From Eledone cirrhosa (taxonomy: Eukaryota): 64,000 nucleotides of DNA. Location of the stretch: assembly GCA_964016885.1 (NCBI GenBank), contig OZ024744.1, forward strand, positions 14,446,001 to 14,510,000. The letters run 5' to 3'. The notes under the pieces are model-generated. The model was given only the letters and a program-made list of their open reading frames with translations, had not been told where the DNA came from and did not search any database. The position numbers were made by a program, and so were the translations under genes. Positions within the stretch are counted from its first letter, which is position 1. Each line of letters opens with the position of its first letter. Positions 1-11,400 of this stretch are shown here, piece after piece.

Positions 1-70
1 AGCAATTAACCAGTACATTACTGGTACTTTATTTTATCGACCCCGTAAGGATCAATGGCAAAGTTAACCT
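1..70 (-). mobile_element. Fragment of a SINE central domain with no tRNA head, cut by the window edge
   Basis: The minus strand reads AGGTTAACTTTGCCATTGATCCTTACGGGGTCGATAAAATAAAGTACCAGT. This resembles the GCCTTTCATCCTTTCGGGGTCGATAAA..GTACCAG central motif I recall from mollusc/cephalopod SINEs (Meta/MESC-like). An internal 7-bp inverted repeat ACCAGTA-cat-TACTGGT lies at 9-25. The family assignment is from memory only. Confidence 0.6.
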
Positions 71-97
71 AAAATAAATAAAAATAATAATAAATAA
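71..97. repeat. A-rich low-complexity tract (AAAT/AAT)n
   Basis: aaaataaataaaaataataataaataa is directly visible. Confidence 0.8.
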
Positions 98-229
98 GAG
101 TACTGATGTATCTTAACAACCAGTTTAACAGAAGAGTAATTTTAGATCTGTAGTTAAAGTTAAAGAAAACAATGATCACAACTATACTGCAATGCCTGTA
201 ATCATAAGTTTGCTAACATAGGGTGTTTC

Positions 230-296
230 AAAGATAAACAACAACAACAGTAACAAGAACAAGATGTGACAATATCGCAGATTAGTATTATTTATT
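230..296 (-). terminator. Putative polyadenylation signal and downstream GU-rich element of the minus-strand gene
   Basis: AATAAA on the minus strand at 296-291 (tttatt on +) lies about 140 nt after the stop codon. About 30 nt further on is a GU/U-rich tract, TCTTGTTCTTGTTACTGTTGTTGTTGTTT (about 264-236). This is the canonical metazoan cleavage/polyA layout. Confidence 0.6.
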
Positions 297-438
297 GACT
301 ATAAATACGTATCTATGGAGCAAGAATAGTAAAGTTAAAGCAAACAAGACAAACAAGATAAGCAGCACTAGTTGAAATTGATTAAGAGGTTTCTAAAGTA
401 GATTGGTGATAACATGTGAATGGTCAGTATTAGTGGTC

Positions 439-477
439 TTAATCAACCTGGGGGTTGTTTTTAAACAAATATTCAGC
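439..477 (-). CDS. AK7: Terminal coding exon of adenylate kinase 7 (end of the Dpy-30-like dimerisation motif), [12 protein letters not shown]
   Basis: On the minus strand, TTTTTTCTTTTTCTTCAACAG| is followed by GCT GAA TAT TTG TTT AAA AAC AAC CCC CAG GTT GAT TAA (phase 0). The peptide matches the metazoan AK7 C-terminus as I recall it (human ...[21 protein letters not shown]). A polyA signal follows. The exon is too short for the ORF track, and only 12 residues support the identity. Confidence 0.8.
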   Translation of the reverse strand, partial: [12 protein letters not shown]

Positions 478-500
478 CTGTTGAAGAAAAAGAAAAAATA
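478..500 (-). promoter_or_regulatory. 3' splice acceptor: polypyrimidine tract plus CAG
   Basis: Minus-strand TATTTTTTCTTTTTCTTCAACAG ends at 478, directly before the AEYLFKNNP codons. Confidence 0.8.
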
Positions 501-506
501 TAAATA

Positions 507-510
<4 letters not shown>

Positions 511-577
<67 letters not shown>

Positions 578-599
578 TATACATATATATGTATATATA
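511..599. repeat. (AT)n microsatellite
   Basis: Perfect (AT)30 at 511-570, then interrupted by C/G substitutions to about 599. Confidence 0.97.
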
Positions 600-616
600 A
601 CAGAGTTTTTTTCAAA

Positions 617-740
617 CGCGTGCATTATGAAATGTATGATATATGTATGATATATGCGTGTGTGTGCATGAATGTTTGTATGTGTGTGCATGAATATAAA
701 TTTATGTAGTGAAAGATATGTGTGCGATATATGCATGTGT
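617..740. repeat. Degenerate (AT/GT/ATGT)n microsatellite-like tract
   Basis: Alternating purine-pyrimidine runs such as gtatgatatatgtatgatatatgcgtgtgtgtgcatgaatg and gtatgtgtgtgcatgaat. Confidence 0.7.
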
Positions 741-810
741 CTAGTGAGAACATAGATTTAATTTGAAAGAAAGAATGAAACTGGCCTTTGGGATGTTGGA
801 ATATTGGCTT

Positions 811-1560
811 TTAAATTAACCATTCTGGTGTATTTCTTTCCATTCAATTATTGATCCTAGGTTTTAATTGCTTGATTAAGAGGGCTTCCTTAATTCTCAG
901 TGTGCCTCTGCCGTGTTCAGTAGCTAAGATTGTGGTGGTAATGTTGTCCTGGTTCCCACATTTGATGATGTCTTCCCGGAAGGAAGAGGAGTTGGTGTTA
1001 ACAGGCTCTTTAATACGGAGATGTAACAGTCAAATAGTGCTGCCTATGTAAAATAGATTGCACTTGTTACATTCTAGCCTGTATACTACGTAGGTACGTA
1101 GGCAACAATTAGTGTTGAGGATAGGGAAATTGGGAAGGGTTCATCTGTTATCATCGTTAGGGGGTTGCCTTGTGGTGAGGCATTTTCGCAGGGAAGGTCT
1201 AGAGTGACCTAGTTTGATATTGAGGCCCTCTCTTTTGATGGCTTTGCATATGGGATTGGTGGTTTCCTCGGTGAGATGTGGGATCTTGAAGAAGCAACTG
1301 TTGTTTGTGTTGGTCCGGTCTCTGGGTCTGGGGTTTCATCTTGGGGTGGGGAAGGAAGCTGGGTAGCCATTAATCTCTAGTACCTTGTGGAATCGTCTGA
1401 TATGGGTAGCTCTATTAACAGCATCACTGCATTGGTTGCATATGCGAACCATTTCATTGAAGATGTACCCTCTTTTAGAGCTGGAGGAGGGGGGCAGATT
1501 TGTCATGCACAAACAGGTCTCTGCTGGCCACCTTCAGTAGAAATTGGTGTGGAATTCAGT
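811..1560 (-). mobile_element. Decayed, 5'-truncated Penelope-like element (RT C-terminal/thumb region, linker and GIY-YIG endonuclease), non-functional
   Basis: My translation of one minus frame, 1482 to 811, reads SSKRGYIFNEMVRICNQCS...FHKVLEINGYP...FFKIPHL...R*TLPNFPILNTNCCLRTYVVYRLECNKCNLFYIGSTI*LLHLRIKE...LRIKEALLIKQLKPRINN*MERNTPEWLI*. It shows the NGYP thumb motif (1360-1371), VVY (1081-1089), CxxC, YIG (1042-1050) and the terminal E..I...P.IN motif typical of PLE GIY-YIG domains. A frameshifted FY(R)..ASRDLFVHDKSA segment lies at about 1545-1495. In-frame TGA stops are at 1336-1338, 1141-1143, 1030-1032 and 844-846. Confidence 0.88.
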
Positions 1561-1659
1561 TGTCAGAAATGTTCAAGGGTTTAGTAACATTTGTAGAGCA
1601 TAAAAACATTGGCTACTGGACTTGGTAGTGCTTTGTTTGAGTTTATCATAGTAGTAAAC

Positions 1660-2000
1660 CGGTCTGGTGGAGAAAGTGGGGGGGGGGGCAGTCGGTGGTA
1701 AGTGTATCTGGACAGGCAAGGGGTCAGGAGAAGGATGTAGTGTGGGTAGGGGTAGGAGTGGTTAGTGGGTGGGAGTGAAGTAGAAGAAGAAGGGGCATAA
1801 TGACCATAGTGTGGTAGGGTAAGTCTATTTATAGATGGAGCTTATAGGCTGAAGGAGTATTTCGAAGTGAAGAATTAAAAGTAAAAAGTAGATTGTATAG
1901 AAGAAAAGGAGCAGATAGTTAAATAAAGTTGTAAATAAGGTAAAATAAGATCAGGTAAAATATAGGGGTTTAAAAATAGGTAGAGTGGATTATATGGGTG
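1660..2000. other. Purine-rich, strand-asymmetric low-complexity segment with a G11 run and G-tracts
   Basis: G11 at 1678-1688, GGGTAGGGGTAGGAGTGGTTAGTGGGTGGG at about 1744-1773, then A/G-rich sequence with few C on the + strand up to about 2000. Confidence 0.55.
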
Positions 2001-2311
2001 GTAATCAGTGATGAATTATATGTACTATGTGTATGTATACTGCATATGTAGAGGCATACATAAAAGTAGACTGGGAAGTTATAGAAGATTTTACACTGAA
2101 ATGTATGAATAAAACAGTTAAATATTACTTTAATGAGTCATCATCATCATCATTTCATTTTAAGTCCACTTTTCCCAGCTTGCTAGGGTGGGACGGGAAC
2201 TGATTCTGGCTTGATTTCTACAGCTGGATGCCCTTCCTAACACCAACCACATTTACAGTGAGTGCTGGGTGCTTTTTTGCCGTGGCACCTCCATGACCAC
2301 TTTGCAGTTGA

Positions 2312-2337
2312 ATGATAGGGACCCCAGTCCCTATCAT
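2312..2337. repeat. Perfect 11-bp inverted repeat (hairpin) inside the SINE
   Basis: ATGATAGGGAC (2312-2322), loop CCCA, then GTCCCTATCAT (2327-2337). Confidence 0.9.
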
Positions 2338-2417
2338 CTCATTGCTACAGCTGAGTAAACTGGAGCAATGTGAAATAAAGTGTCTGGCTCAAGGAAACAA
2401 CACATCGCCCGGTCTGA

Positions 2418-2471
2418 GAATTGAACTCACAACCTTTCGATTGCAAGGCCAATGCTCTAACCACTATGCCA
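2418..2471 (-). promoter_or_regulatory. Internal RNA polymerase III type-2 promoter (A box and B box) of the SINE
   Basis: The A box TGGCATAGTGG fits TRGCNNARYGG. The B-box-like GAGTTCAATTC lies in a T-arm-like hairpin, TGAG-TTCAATT-CTCA. The boxes are 32 nt apart, as in tRNA genes. Confidence 0.75.
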
Positions 2472-5400
2472 TGTGCCTCCATTGCAAGGCCAATGCTCAA
2501 ACCACTAAGTCATGTGCGTCCATTGCAAGGCCAGTGCTCTAACCACTAAGTCATGTGCGTCCATTGCAAGGCCAGTGCTCTAACCACTAAGTCATGTGCG
2601 TCCATTGCAAGGCCAGTGCTCTAACCACTAATTCATGTGCCTCCATTGCAAGGCCAGTGCTCTAACCACTAAGTCATGTGGCTCCATTGCAAGGCCAATG
2701 CTCTAACCACTAAGCCATGTCCCTCCATTGCAAGGCCAATGCTCTAACCAATAAGCCATGTAACTCTATTGCAAGGTCAATACGCTAACCACTAAGCCAT
2801 GTGCCTCCATTGCAAAGCCAATGCTCTAACCACTAAGCCATGTGCCTCCAATACAAGGCCAATGCTCTAACCACTAAGCAATGTACCTCCATTGCAAGGC
2901 CAATGCTCTAACCACTAAGTCATGTGCCTCCATTGCAAGGCCAATGCTCTAACCACTAAGCCATGTGCCTCCAATGCAAGGCCAATGCTCTAACCACTAA
3001 ACCATGTGCCTCCATTGCAAGACCAATGCTCTAACCACTAAGCCATGTGCCTCCATTGCAAGTCAATGCTCTAACCACTAAGCCATGTGCCTCCATTGCA
3101 AGGCCAATGCTCTAACCACTAAGCCATGTGCCTCCATTGCAACACCAATGCTCTAACAACTAAGCCATGTGCCTCTATTGCAAGGCCAATGTTCTAACCA
3201 CTAAGTCATGTGCCTCCATTGCAAGGCCAATACTCTAACCACTAAGCCATGTGCCTCCATTGCAAGGCCAATGCTCTAACCACTAAGCCATGTGCCTACA
3301 TTGCAAGGCCAATGCTCTAACCACTAAGCCAAGTGCCTCCATTGCAAGGCCAATGCTCTAACCATTAAGTCATGTGCCTCCATTGCAAGGTGAATGCTCT
3401 AACCACTAAGTCATGTACCTCCATTGCAAGGCCAATGCTCTAACCACTAAGAGATGTGCCTCCATTGCAAGGCCAATGCTCTAACCACTAAGTCATGTGC
3501 CTCCATTGCAAGGCCAATGCTCTAACCACTAAGTCATGTGGCTCCATTGCAAGGCCAATGCTCTAACCACTAAGCCATGTGCCTCCATTGCAAGGCCAAT
3601 GCTCTAACCACTAAGCCATGTGCCTCCATTGCAAGGCCAATGCTCTAACCCCTAAGCCATGTGCCTCCATTGCAAGGCCAATGCTCTAACCACTAAGTCA
3701 TGTGCCTCCATTGCAACGCTAATGCTCTAACCACTAAGTCATGTGCCTCCATTGCAAGGCCAATGCTCTAACCACTAAGTCGTGTGCCTCCATTGCAAGG
3801 CCAATGCTCTAACCACTAAGCCATGTGCCGCAATTGCAAGGCCAATACTCTAACCACTAAGCCATGTGCCTCCATTGCAAGGCCAATGTTCTAACCACTA
3901 AGCCATGTGCCTCCATTGCAATGCCAATGCTCTAACCACTAAGCCATGTGCCTCCATTGCAAGGCCAATGCTCTAACCACTAAACCATGTGCATCCATTG
4001 CAAGGCCAATGCTCTAACCACTAAACCATGTGCCTACATTGCAAGTCCAATGCTCTAACCACTAAGCCATGTGCCTCCATTGCAAGGTCAATGCGATAAC
4101 CACTAAGCCATGTGCCTCCATTGCAAAGACAATGCTCTAACCACTAAGCCATGTGCCTCCATTACAAGGCCAATGCTCTAACCACTAAGCCATGTGCCTC
4201 CATTGCAAGGCCAATGCTCTAAACAATAAGCCATGTGCCTCCATTTCAAGGCCATTGCTCTAACCACTAAGCCATGTGCCTCCATTGCAAGGCCAACGTT
4301 CTAACCACTAAGCATTGTGCCCCCATTGCAAGGCCAATGCTCTAACCACTAAGTCATGTGCCTCCATTGCAAGGCCAATGCTCTAACCACTAAGCCATGT
4401 GCCTCCATTGCAAGGTCAATGCTCTAACCACTAAGTCATGTGCCTCCATTGCAAGGCCAATGCTCTAATCACTAAGTCATGTGCCTCCATTGCAAGGCCA
4501 ATGCTCTAACCACTAAGTCATGTGCCTCCATTGAAAGGCCAATGCTGTAACCCCTAAGCCATGTACCTCCATTGCAAGGCCAATGCTCTAACCACTAAGC
4601 CATGTGCCTCCATTGCAAGGTCAATGCTCTAACCACTAAGTCATGTGCCTCCATTGCAAGGCCAATGCTCTAATCACTAAGTCATGTGCCTCCATTGCAA
4701 GGCCAATGCTCTAACCACTAAGTCATGTGCCTCCATTGAAAGGCCAATGCTGTAACCACTAAGCCATGTACCTCCATTGCAAGGCCAATGCTCTAACCAC
4801 TAAGCCATGTGCCTCCATTACAAGGCCAATGCTCTAAACACTAAGCCATGTGCCTCCACTGCAAGACCAATGCTCTAACCACTAAGTCATCTGCCTCCAT
4901 TGCAAGGCCAATGCTCTAACCACTAAGTCACCTGCCTCCATTGCAAGGCCAATGCTCTAACCACTAAACCATGTGCCTCCATTGCAAGGCCAATGCTCTA
5001 ACCACTAAGCCATGTGCTTCCATTGCAAGGCCAATGCTCTGACCACTAAGCCATGTGCCTCCATTGCAAGTCAATGCTCTAACCACTAAGCCATGTGCCT
5101 CCATTGCAAGGCCAATGCTCTAACCACTAAGTCATGTGCCTCCATTGCAAGGCCAATGCTCTAACCACTAAGCCATGTGCCTCCTTTGCAATGCCAATGC
5201 TCTAACCACTAAGCCATGTGCCTCCATTGCAAGGCCAATGCTCTAACCACTAAACCATGTGCATCCATTGTAAGGCTAATGCTCTAACCACTAAGCAATG
5301 TGCCTCCATTGCAAGGCCAATGCTCTAACCACTAAGCCATGTGCCTCCATTGCAAGGCCAATGTTCTAACCACTAAGTCATGTGCCTCCATTGCAAGGCC

Positions 5401-8400
5401 AATGCTCTAACCACTAAGCCATGTGCCTCCATTGCAAGGCCAATGATCTAACCACTAAGCAATGTGCCTACATTGCAAAACCAATGCTCTAACCACTAAG
5501 CCATGTGCCTCCATTGCAAGGCCAATGCTCTAACCACTAAGTCATGTGCCTCCATTGCAAGGCGAATGCTCTAACCACTAAGTCATGTCCCTCCATTGCA
5601 AGGCCAATGCTCTAACCACTAAGCCATGTGCCTCCATTGCAAGGCCAATGCTCTAACCACTAAATCATGTGCCTCCATTGCAAGGCCAATGCACTAACCA
5701 CTAAGTCATGTGCCTCCATTGCAAGGCCAATGCTCTAACCACTAAGCCATGTGCCTCACTTGCAAGGCCAATGCTCTAACCACTAAGCCATGTGACTCCA
5801 TTGCAAGGCCAATCCTCTTACCACTAAGCCATGTGCCTCCATTGCAAGGCCAATACTTTAACCACTAAGTCATGTGCCTCCATTGCAACGCCAATGCTCT
5901 AACCACTAAGTCATGTGCCTCCATTGCAAGGCCAATGCTCTAACCACTAAGTCATGCGCCTCCATTGCAAGGCCAATGCTCTAACCACTAAGCCATGTGC
6001 CTCCATTGCAAGGCCAATGCTCTAACCACTAAGCCATGTGCCTCCATTACAAGGCCAATGCTCTAAACACTAAGCCATGTGCCTCCATTGCAAGACCAAT
6101 GCTCTAACCACTAAGTCATCTGCCTCCATTGCAAGGCCAATGCTCTAACCACTAAGTCACCTGCCTCCATTGCAAGGCCAATGCTCTAACCACTAAACCA
6201 TGTGCCTCCATTGCAAGGCCAATGCTCTAACCACTAAGCCATGTGCCTCCATTGCAAGGCCAATGCTCTAACCACTAAGTCATGTGCCTCCATTGCTAGG
6301 CCAATGCTCTGACCACTAAGCCATGTGCCTCCATTGCAAGTCAATGCTCTAACCACTAAGCCATGTGCCTCCATTGCAAGGCCAATGCTCTAACCACTAA
6401 GTCATGTGCCTCCATTGCAAGGCCAATGCTCTAACCACTAAGCCATGTGCCTCCTTTGCAATGCCAATGCTCTAACCACTAAGCCATGTGCCTCCATTGC
6501 AAGGCCAATGCTCTAACCACTAAACCATGTGCATCCATTGTAAGGCTAATGCTCTAACCACTAAGCCATGTGCCTCCATTGCAAGGCCAATGCCCTAACC
6601 ACTAAGCCATGTGCCTCCATTGCAAGGCCAATGTTCTAACCACTAAGTCATGTGCCTCCATTGCAAGGCCAATGCTCTAACCACTAAGCCATGTGCCTCC
6701 ATTGCAAGGCTAATGATCTAACCACTAAGCAATGTGCCTACATTGCAAAACCATTGCTCTAACCACTAAGCCATGTGCCTCCATTGCAAGGCCAATGCTC
6801 TAACCACTAAGTCATGTGCCTCCATTGCAAGGCGAATGCTCTAACCACTAACTCATGTACCTCCATTGCAAGGCCAATGCTCTAACCACTAAGCCATGTG
6901 CCTCCATTGCAAGGCCAATGCTCTAACCACTAAATCATGTGCCTCCATTGCAAGGCCAATGCACTAACCACTAAGTCATATGCCTCCATTGCAAGGCCAA
7001 TGCTCTAACCACTAAGCCATGTGCCTCCATTGCAAGGCCAATGCTCTAACTACTAAGCCATGTGCCTCCATTGCAAGGCCAATGCTCTAACCACTAAGCC
7101 ATGTGCCTCCATTGCAAGGCCAATGCTCTAACCATTAAGCCATGTGCCTCCATTGCAAGGCCAATGCTCTAACCACTAAGCCATGTGCCTCCCTTGCAAG
7201 GCCAAAGCTCTAACCACTAAGTCATGTGACTCCATTGCAAGGCCAATGCTCTAACCGCTAAGCCATGTGCATCCATTGCAAAGCCAATGCTCTAACCACT
7301 AAGTCATGTGCCTCCATTGCAAGGCCAATGCTCTAACCACTAAGTCATGTACCTCCATTGCAAGGCCAATACTCTAACCACTAAGTCATGTCCCTCCATT
7401 GCAAGGCCAATGCTCTAACCACTAAGCCATGTGCCTCCATTGCAAGGCCAATGCTCTAACCACTAAATCATGTGCCTCCATTGCAAGGCCAATGCACTAA
7501 CCACTAAGTCATGTGCCTCCATTGCAAGGCCAATGCTCTAACCACTAAGCCATGTGCCTCACTTGCAAGGCCAATGCTCTAACCACTAAGCCATGTGACT
7601 CCATTGCAAGGCCAATCCTCTTACCACTAAGCCATGTGCCTCCATTGCAAGGCCAATACTTTAACCACTAAGTCATGTGCCTCCATTGCAACGCCAATGC
7701 TCTAACCACTAAGTCATGTGCCTCCATTGCAAGGCCAATGCTCTAACCACTAAGTCATGCGCCTCCATTGCAAGGCCAATGCTCTAACCACTAAGCCATG
7801 TGCCTCCATTGCAAGGCCAATGCTCTAACCACTAAGCCATGTGCCTCCATTACAAGGCCAATGCTCTAAACACTAAGCCATGTGCCTCCATTGCAAGACC
7901 AATGCTCTAACCACTAAGTCATCTGCCTCCATTGCAAGGCCAATGCTCTAACCACTAAGTCACCTGCCTCCATTGCAAGGCCAATGCTCTAACCACTAAA
8001 CCATGTGCCTCCATTGCAAGGCCAATGCTCTAACCACTAAGCCATGTGCCTCCATTGCAAGGCCAATGCTCTAACCACTAAGTCATGTGCCTCCATTGCT
8101 AGGCCAATGCTCTGACCACTAAGCCATGTGCCTCCATTGCAAGTCAATGCTCTAACCACTAAGCCATGTGCCTCCATTGCAAGGCCAATGCTCTAACCAC
8201 TAAGTCATGTGCCTCCATTGCAAGGCCAATGCTCTAACCACTAAGCCATGTGCCTCCTTTGCAATGCCAATGCTCTAACCACTAAGCCATGTGCCTCCAT
8301 TGCAAGGCCAATGCTCTAACCACTAAACCATGTGCATCCATTGTAAGGCTAATGCTCTAACCACTAAGCCATGTGCCTCCATTGCAAGGCCAATGCCCTA

Positions 8401-11400
8401 ACCACTAAGCCATGTGCCTCCATTGCAAGGCCAATGTTCTAACCACTAAGTCATGTGCCTCCATTGCAAGGCCAATGCTCTAACCACTAAGCCATGTGCC
8501 TCCATTGCAAGGCTAATGATCTAACCACTAAGCAATGTGCCTACATTGCAAAACCATTGCTCTAACCACTAAGCCATGTGCCTCCATTGCAAGGCCAATG
8601 CTCTAACCACTAAGTCATGTGCCTACATTGCAAAACCATTGCTCTAACCACTAAGCCATGTGCCTCCATTGCAAGGCCAATGCTCTAACCACTAAGTCAT
8701 GTGCCTCCATTGCAAGGCGAATGCTCTAACCACTAACTCATGTACCTCCATTGCAAGGCCAATGCTCTAACCACTAAGCCATGTGCCTCCATTGCAAGGC
8801 CAATGCTCTAACCACTAAGCCATGTGCCTCCATTGCAAGGCCAATGCTCTAACTACTAAGCCATGTGCCTCCATTGCAAGGCCAATGCTCTAACCACTAA
8901 GCCATGTGCCTCCATTGCAAGGCCAATGCTCTAACCATTAAGCCATGTGCCTCCATTGCAAGGCCAATGCTCTAACCACTAAGCCATGTGCCTCCCTTGC
9001 AAGGCCAAAGCTCTAACCACTAAGTCATGTGACTCCATTGCAAGGCCAATGCTCTAACCGCTAAGCCATGTGCATCCATTGCAAAGCCAATGCTCTAACC
9101 ACTAAGTCATGTGCCTCCATTGCAAGGCCAATGCTCTAACCACTAAGTCATGTACCTCCATTGCAAGGCCAATACTCTAACCACTAAGTCATGTCCCTCC
9201 ATTGCAAGGCCAATGCTCTAACCACTAAGCCATGTGCCTCCATTGCAAGGCCAATGCTCTAACCACTAAATCATGTGCCTCCATTGCAAGGCCAATGCAC
9301 TAACCACTAAGTCATGTGCCTCCATTGCAAGGCCAATGCTCTAACCACTAAGCCATGTGCCTCACTTGCAAGGCCAATGCTCTAACCACTAAGCCATGTG
9401 ACTCCATTGCAAGGCCAATCCTCTTACCACTAAGCCATGTGCCTCCATTGCAAGGCCAATACTTTAACCACTAAGTCATGTGCCTCCATTGCAACGCCAA
9501 TGCTCTAACCACTAAGTCATGTGCCTCCATTGCAAGGCCAATGCTCTAACCACTAAGTCATGCGCCTCCATTGCAAGGCCAATGCTCTAACCACTAAGCC
9601 ATGTGCCTCCATTGCAAGGCCAATGCTCTAACCACTAAGCCATGTGCCTCCATTACAAGGCCAATGCTCTAAACACTAAGCCATGTGCCTCCATTGCAAG
9701 ACCAATGCTCTAACCACTAAGTCATCTGCCTCCATTGCAAGGCCAATGCTCTAACCACTAAGTCACCTGCCTCCATTGCAAGGCCAATGCTCTAACCACT
9801 AAACCATGTGCCTCCATTGCAAGGCCAATGCTCTAACCACTAAGCCATGTGCCTCCATTGCAAGGCCAATGCTCTAACCACTAAGTCATGTGCCTCCATT
9901 GCTAGGCCAATGCTCTGACCACTAAGCCATGTGCCTCCATTGCAAGTCAATGCTCTAACCACTAAGCCATGTGCCTCCATTGCAAGGCCAATGCTCTAAC
10001 CACTAAGTCATGTGCCTCCATTGCAAGGCCAATGCTCTAACCACTAAGCCATGTGCCTCCTTTGCAATGCCAATGCTCTAACCACTAAGCCATGTGCCTC
10101 CATTGCAAGGCCAATGCTCTAACCACTAAACCATGTGCATCCATTGTAAGGCTAATGCTCTAACCACTAAGCCATGTGCCTCCATTGCAAGGCCAATGCC
10201 CTAACCACTAAGCCATGTGCCTCCATTGCAAGGCCAATGTTCTAACCACTAAGTCATGTGCCTCCATTGCAAGGCCAATGCTCTAACCACTAAGCCATGT
10301 GCCTCCATTGCAAGGCTAATGATCTAACCACTAAGCAATGTGCCTACATTGCAAAACCATTGCTCTAACCACTAAGCCATGTGCCTCCATTGCAAGGCCA
10401 ATGCTCTAACCACTAAGTCATGTGCCTACATTGCAAAACCATTGCTCTAACCACTAAGCCATGTGCCTCCATTGCAAGGCCAATGCTCTAACCACTAAGT
10501 CATGTGCCTCCATTGCAAGGCGAATGCTCTAACCACTAACTCATGTACCTCCATTGCAAGGCCAATGCTCTAACCACTAAGCCATGTGCCTCCATTGCAA
10601 GGCCAATGCTCTAACCACTAAGCCATGTGACTCCATTGCAAGGCCAATCCTCTTACCACTAAGCCATGTGCCTCCATTGCAAGGCCAATACTTTAACCAC
10701 TAAGTCATGTGCCTCCATTGCAACGCCAATGCTCTAACCACTAAGTCATGTGCCTCCATTGCAAGGCCAATGCTCTAACCACTAAGTCATGCGCCTCCAT
10801 TGCAAGGCCAATGCTCTAACCACTAAGCCATGTGCCTCCATTGCAAGGCCAATGCTCTAACCACTAAGCCATGTGCCTCCATTACAAGGCCAATGCTCTA
10901 AACACTAAGCCATGTGCCTCCATTGCAAGACCAATGCTCTAACCACTAAGTCATCTGCCTCCATTGCAAGGCCAATGCTCTAACCACTAAGTCACCTGCC
11001 TCCATTGCAAGGCCAATGCTCTAACCACTAAACCATGTGCCTCCATTGCAAGGCCAATGCTCTAACCACTAAGCCATGTGCCTCCATTGCAAGGCCAATG
11101 CTCTAACCACTAAGTCATGTGCCTCCATTGCTAGGCCAATGCTCTGACCACTAAGCCATGTGCCTCCATTGCAAGTCAATGCTCTAACCACTAAGCCATG
11201 TGCCTCCATTGCAAGGCCAATGCTCTAACCACTAAGTCATGTGCCTCCATTGCAAGGCCAATGCTCTAACCACTAAGCCATGTGCCTCCTTTGCAATGCC
11301 AATGCTCTAACCACTAAGCCATGTGCCTCCATTGCAAGGCCAATGCTCTAACCACTAAACCATGTGCATCCATTGTAAGGCTAATGCTCTAACCACTAAG

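Larger units (their letters stand above)
2138..2480 (-). mobile_element. tRNA-derived SINE with a CORE-like body and (TGA)n tail; founder of the adjacent satellite
   Basis: The minus strand reads GGAGGCACA-TGGCATAGTGG (A box, 2471-2461)-TTAGAGCATTGGCCTTGCAATCGAAAGGTTGT-GAGTTCAATTC (B-box-like, 2428-2418). Next come a CORE-like GTTTCCTTGAGCCAGACACTTTATTTC, a 3' region with GGTTGGTGTTAGGAAGGGCATCCAGCTGTAGAAA, and a (TGA)5 tail at 2152-2138. Confidence 0.88.

Noticed and set aside
393-736. ORFs 393-584, 403-600 and 509-736
   Set aside because: These are YI/IY-repeat translations of the (AT)n microsatellite. The credible coding segment is the spliced exon 477-439, in a different frame from the 393-584 ORF.
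851-1584. Plus-strand ORFs 851-1051 and 1387-1584
   Set aside because: They are antisense shadows of the minus-strand Penelope-like frame and have no recognisable motifs.
1845-1870. Hammerhead ribozyme of the Penelope-like element (CTGAAGGAGTATTTCGAAG)
   Set aside because: It deviates from the CUGANGA...GAAA core, I found no convincing flanking stems, and it is antisense to the PLE frame. An Infernal search with hammerhead models would settle it.
2312-2542. 76-aa ORF crossing the SINE and the array start
   Set aside because: It is an antisense reading of the SINE, open only because edge variants remove TAA stops.
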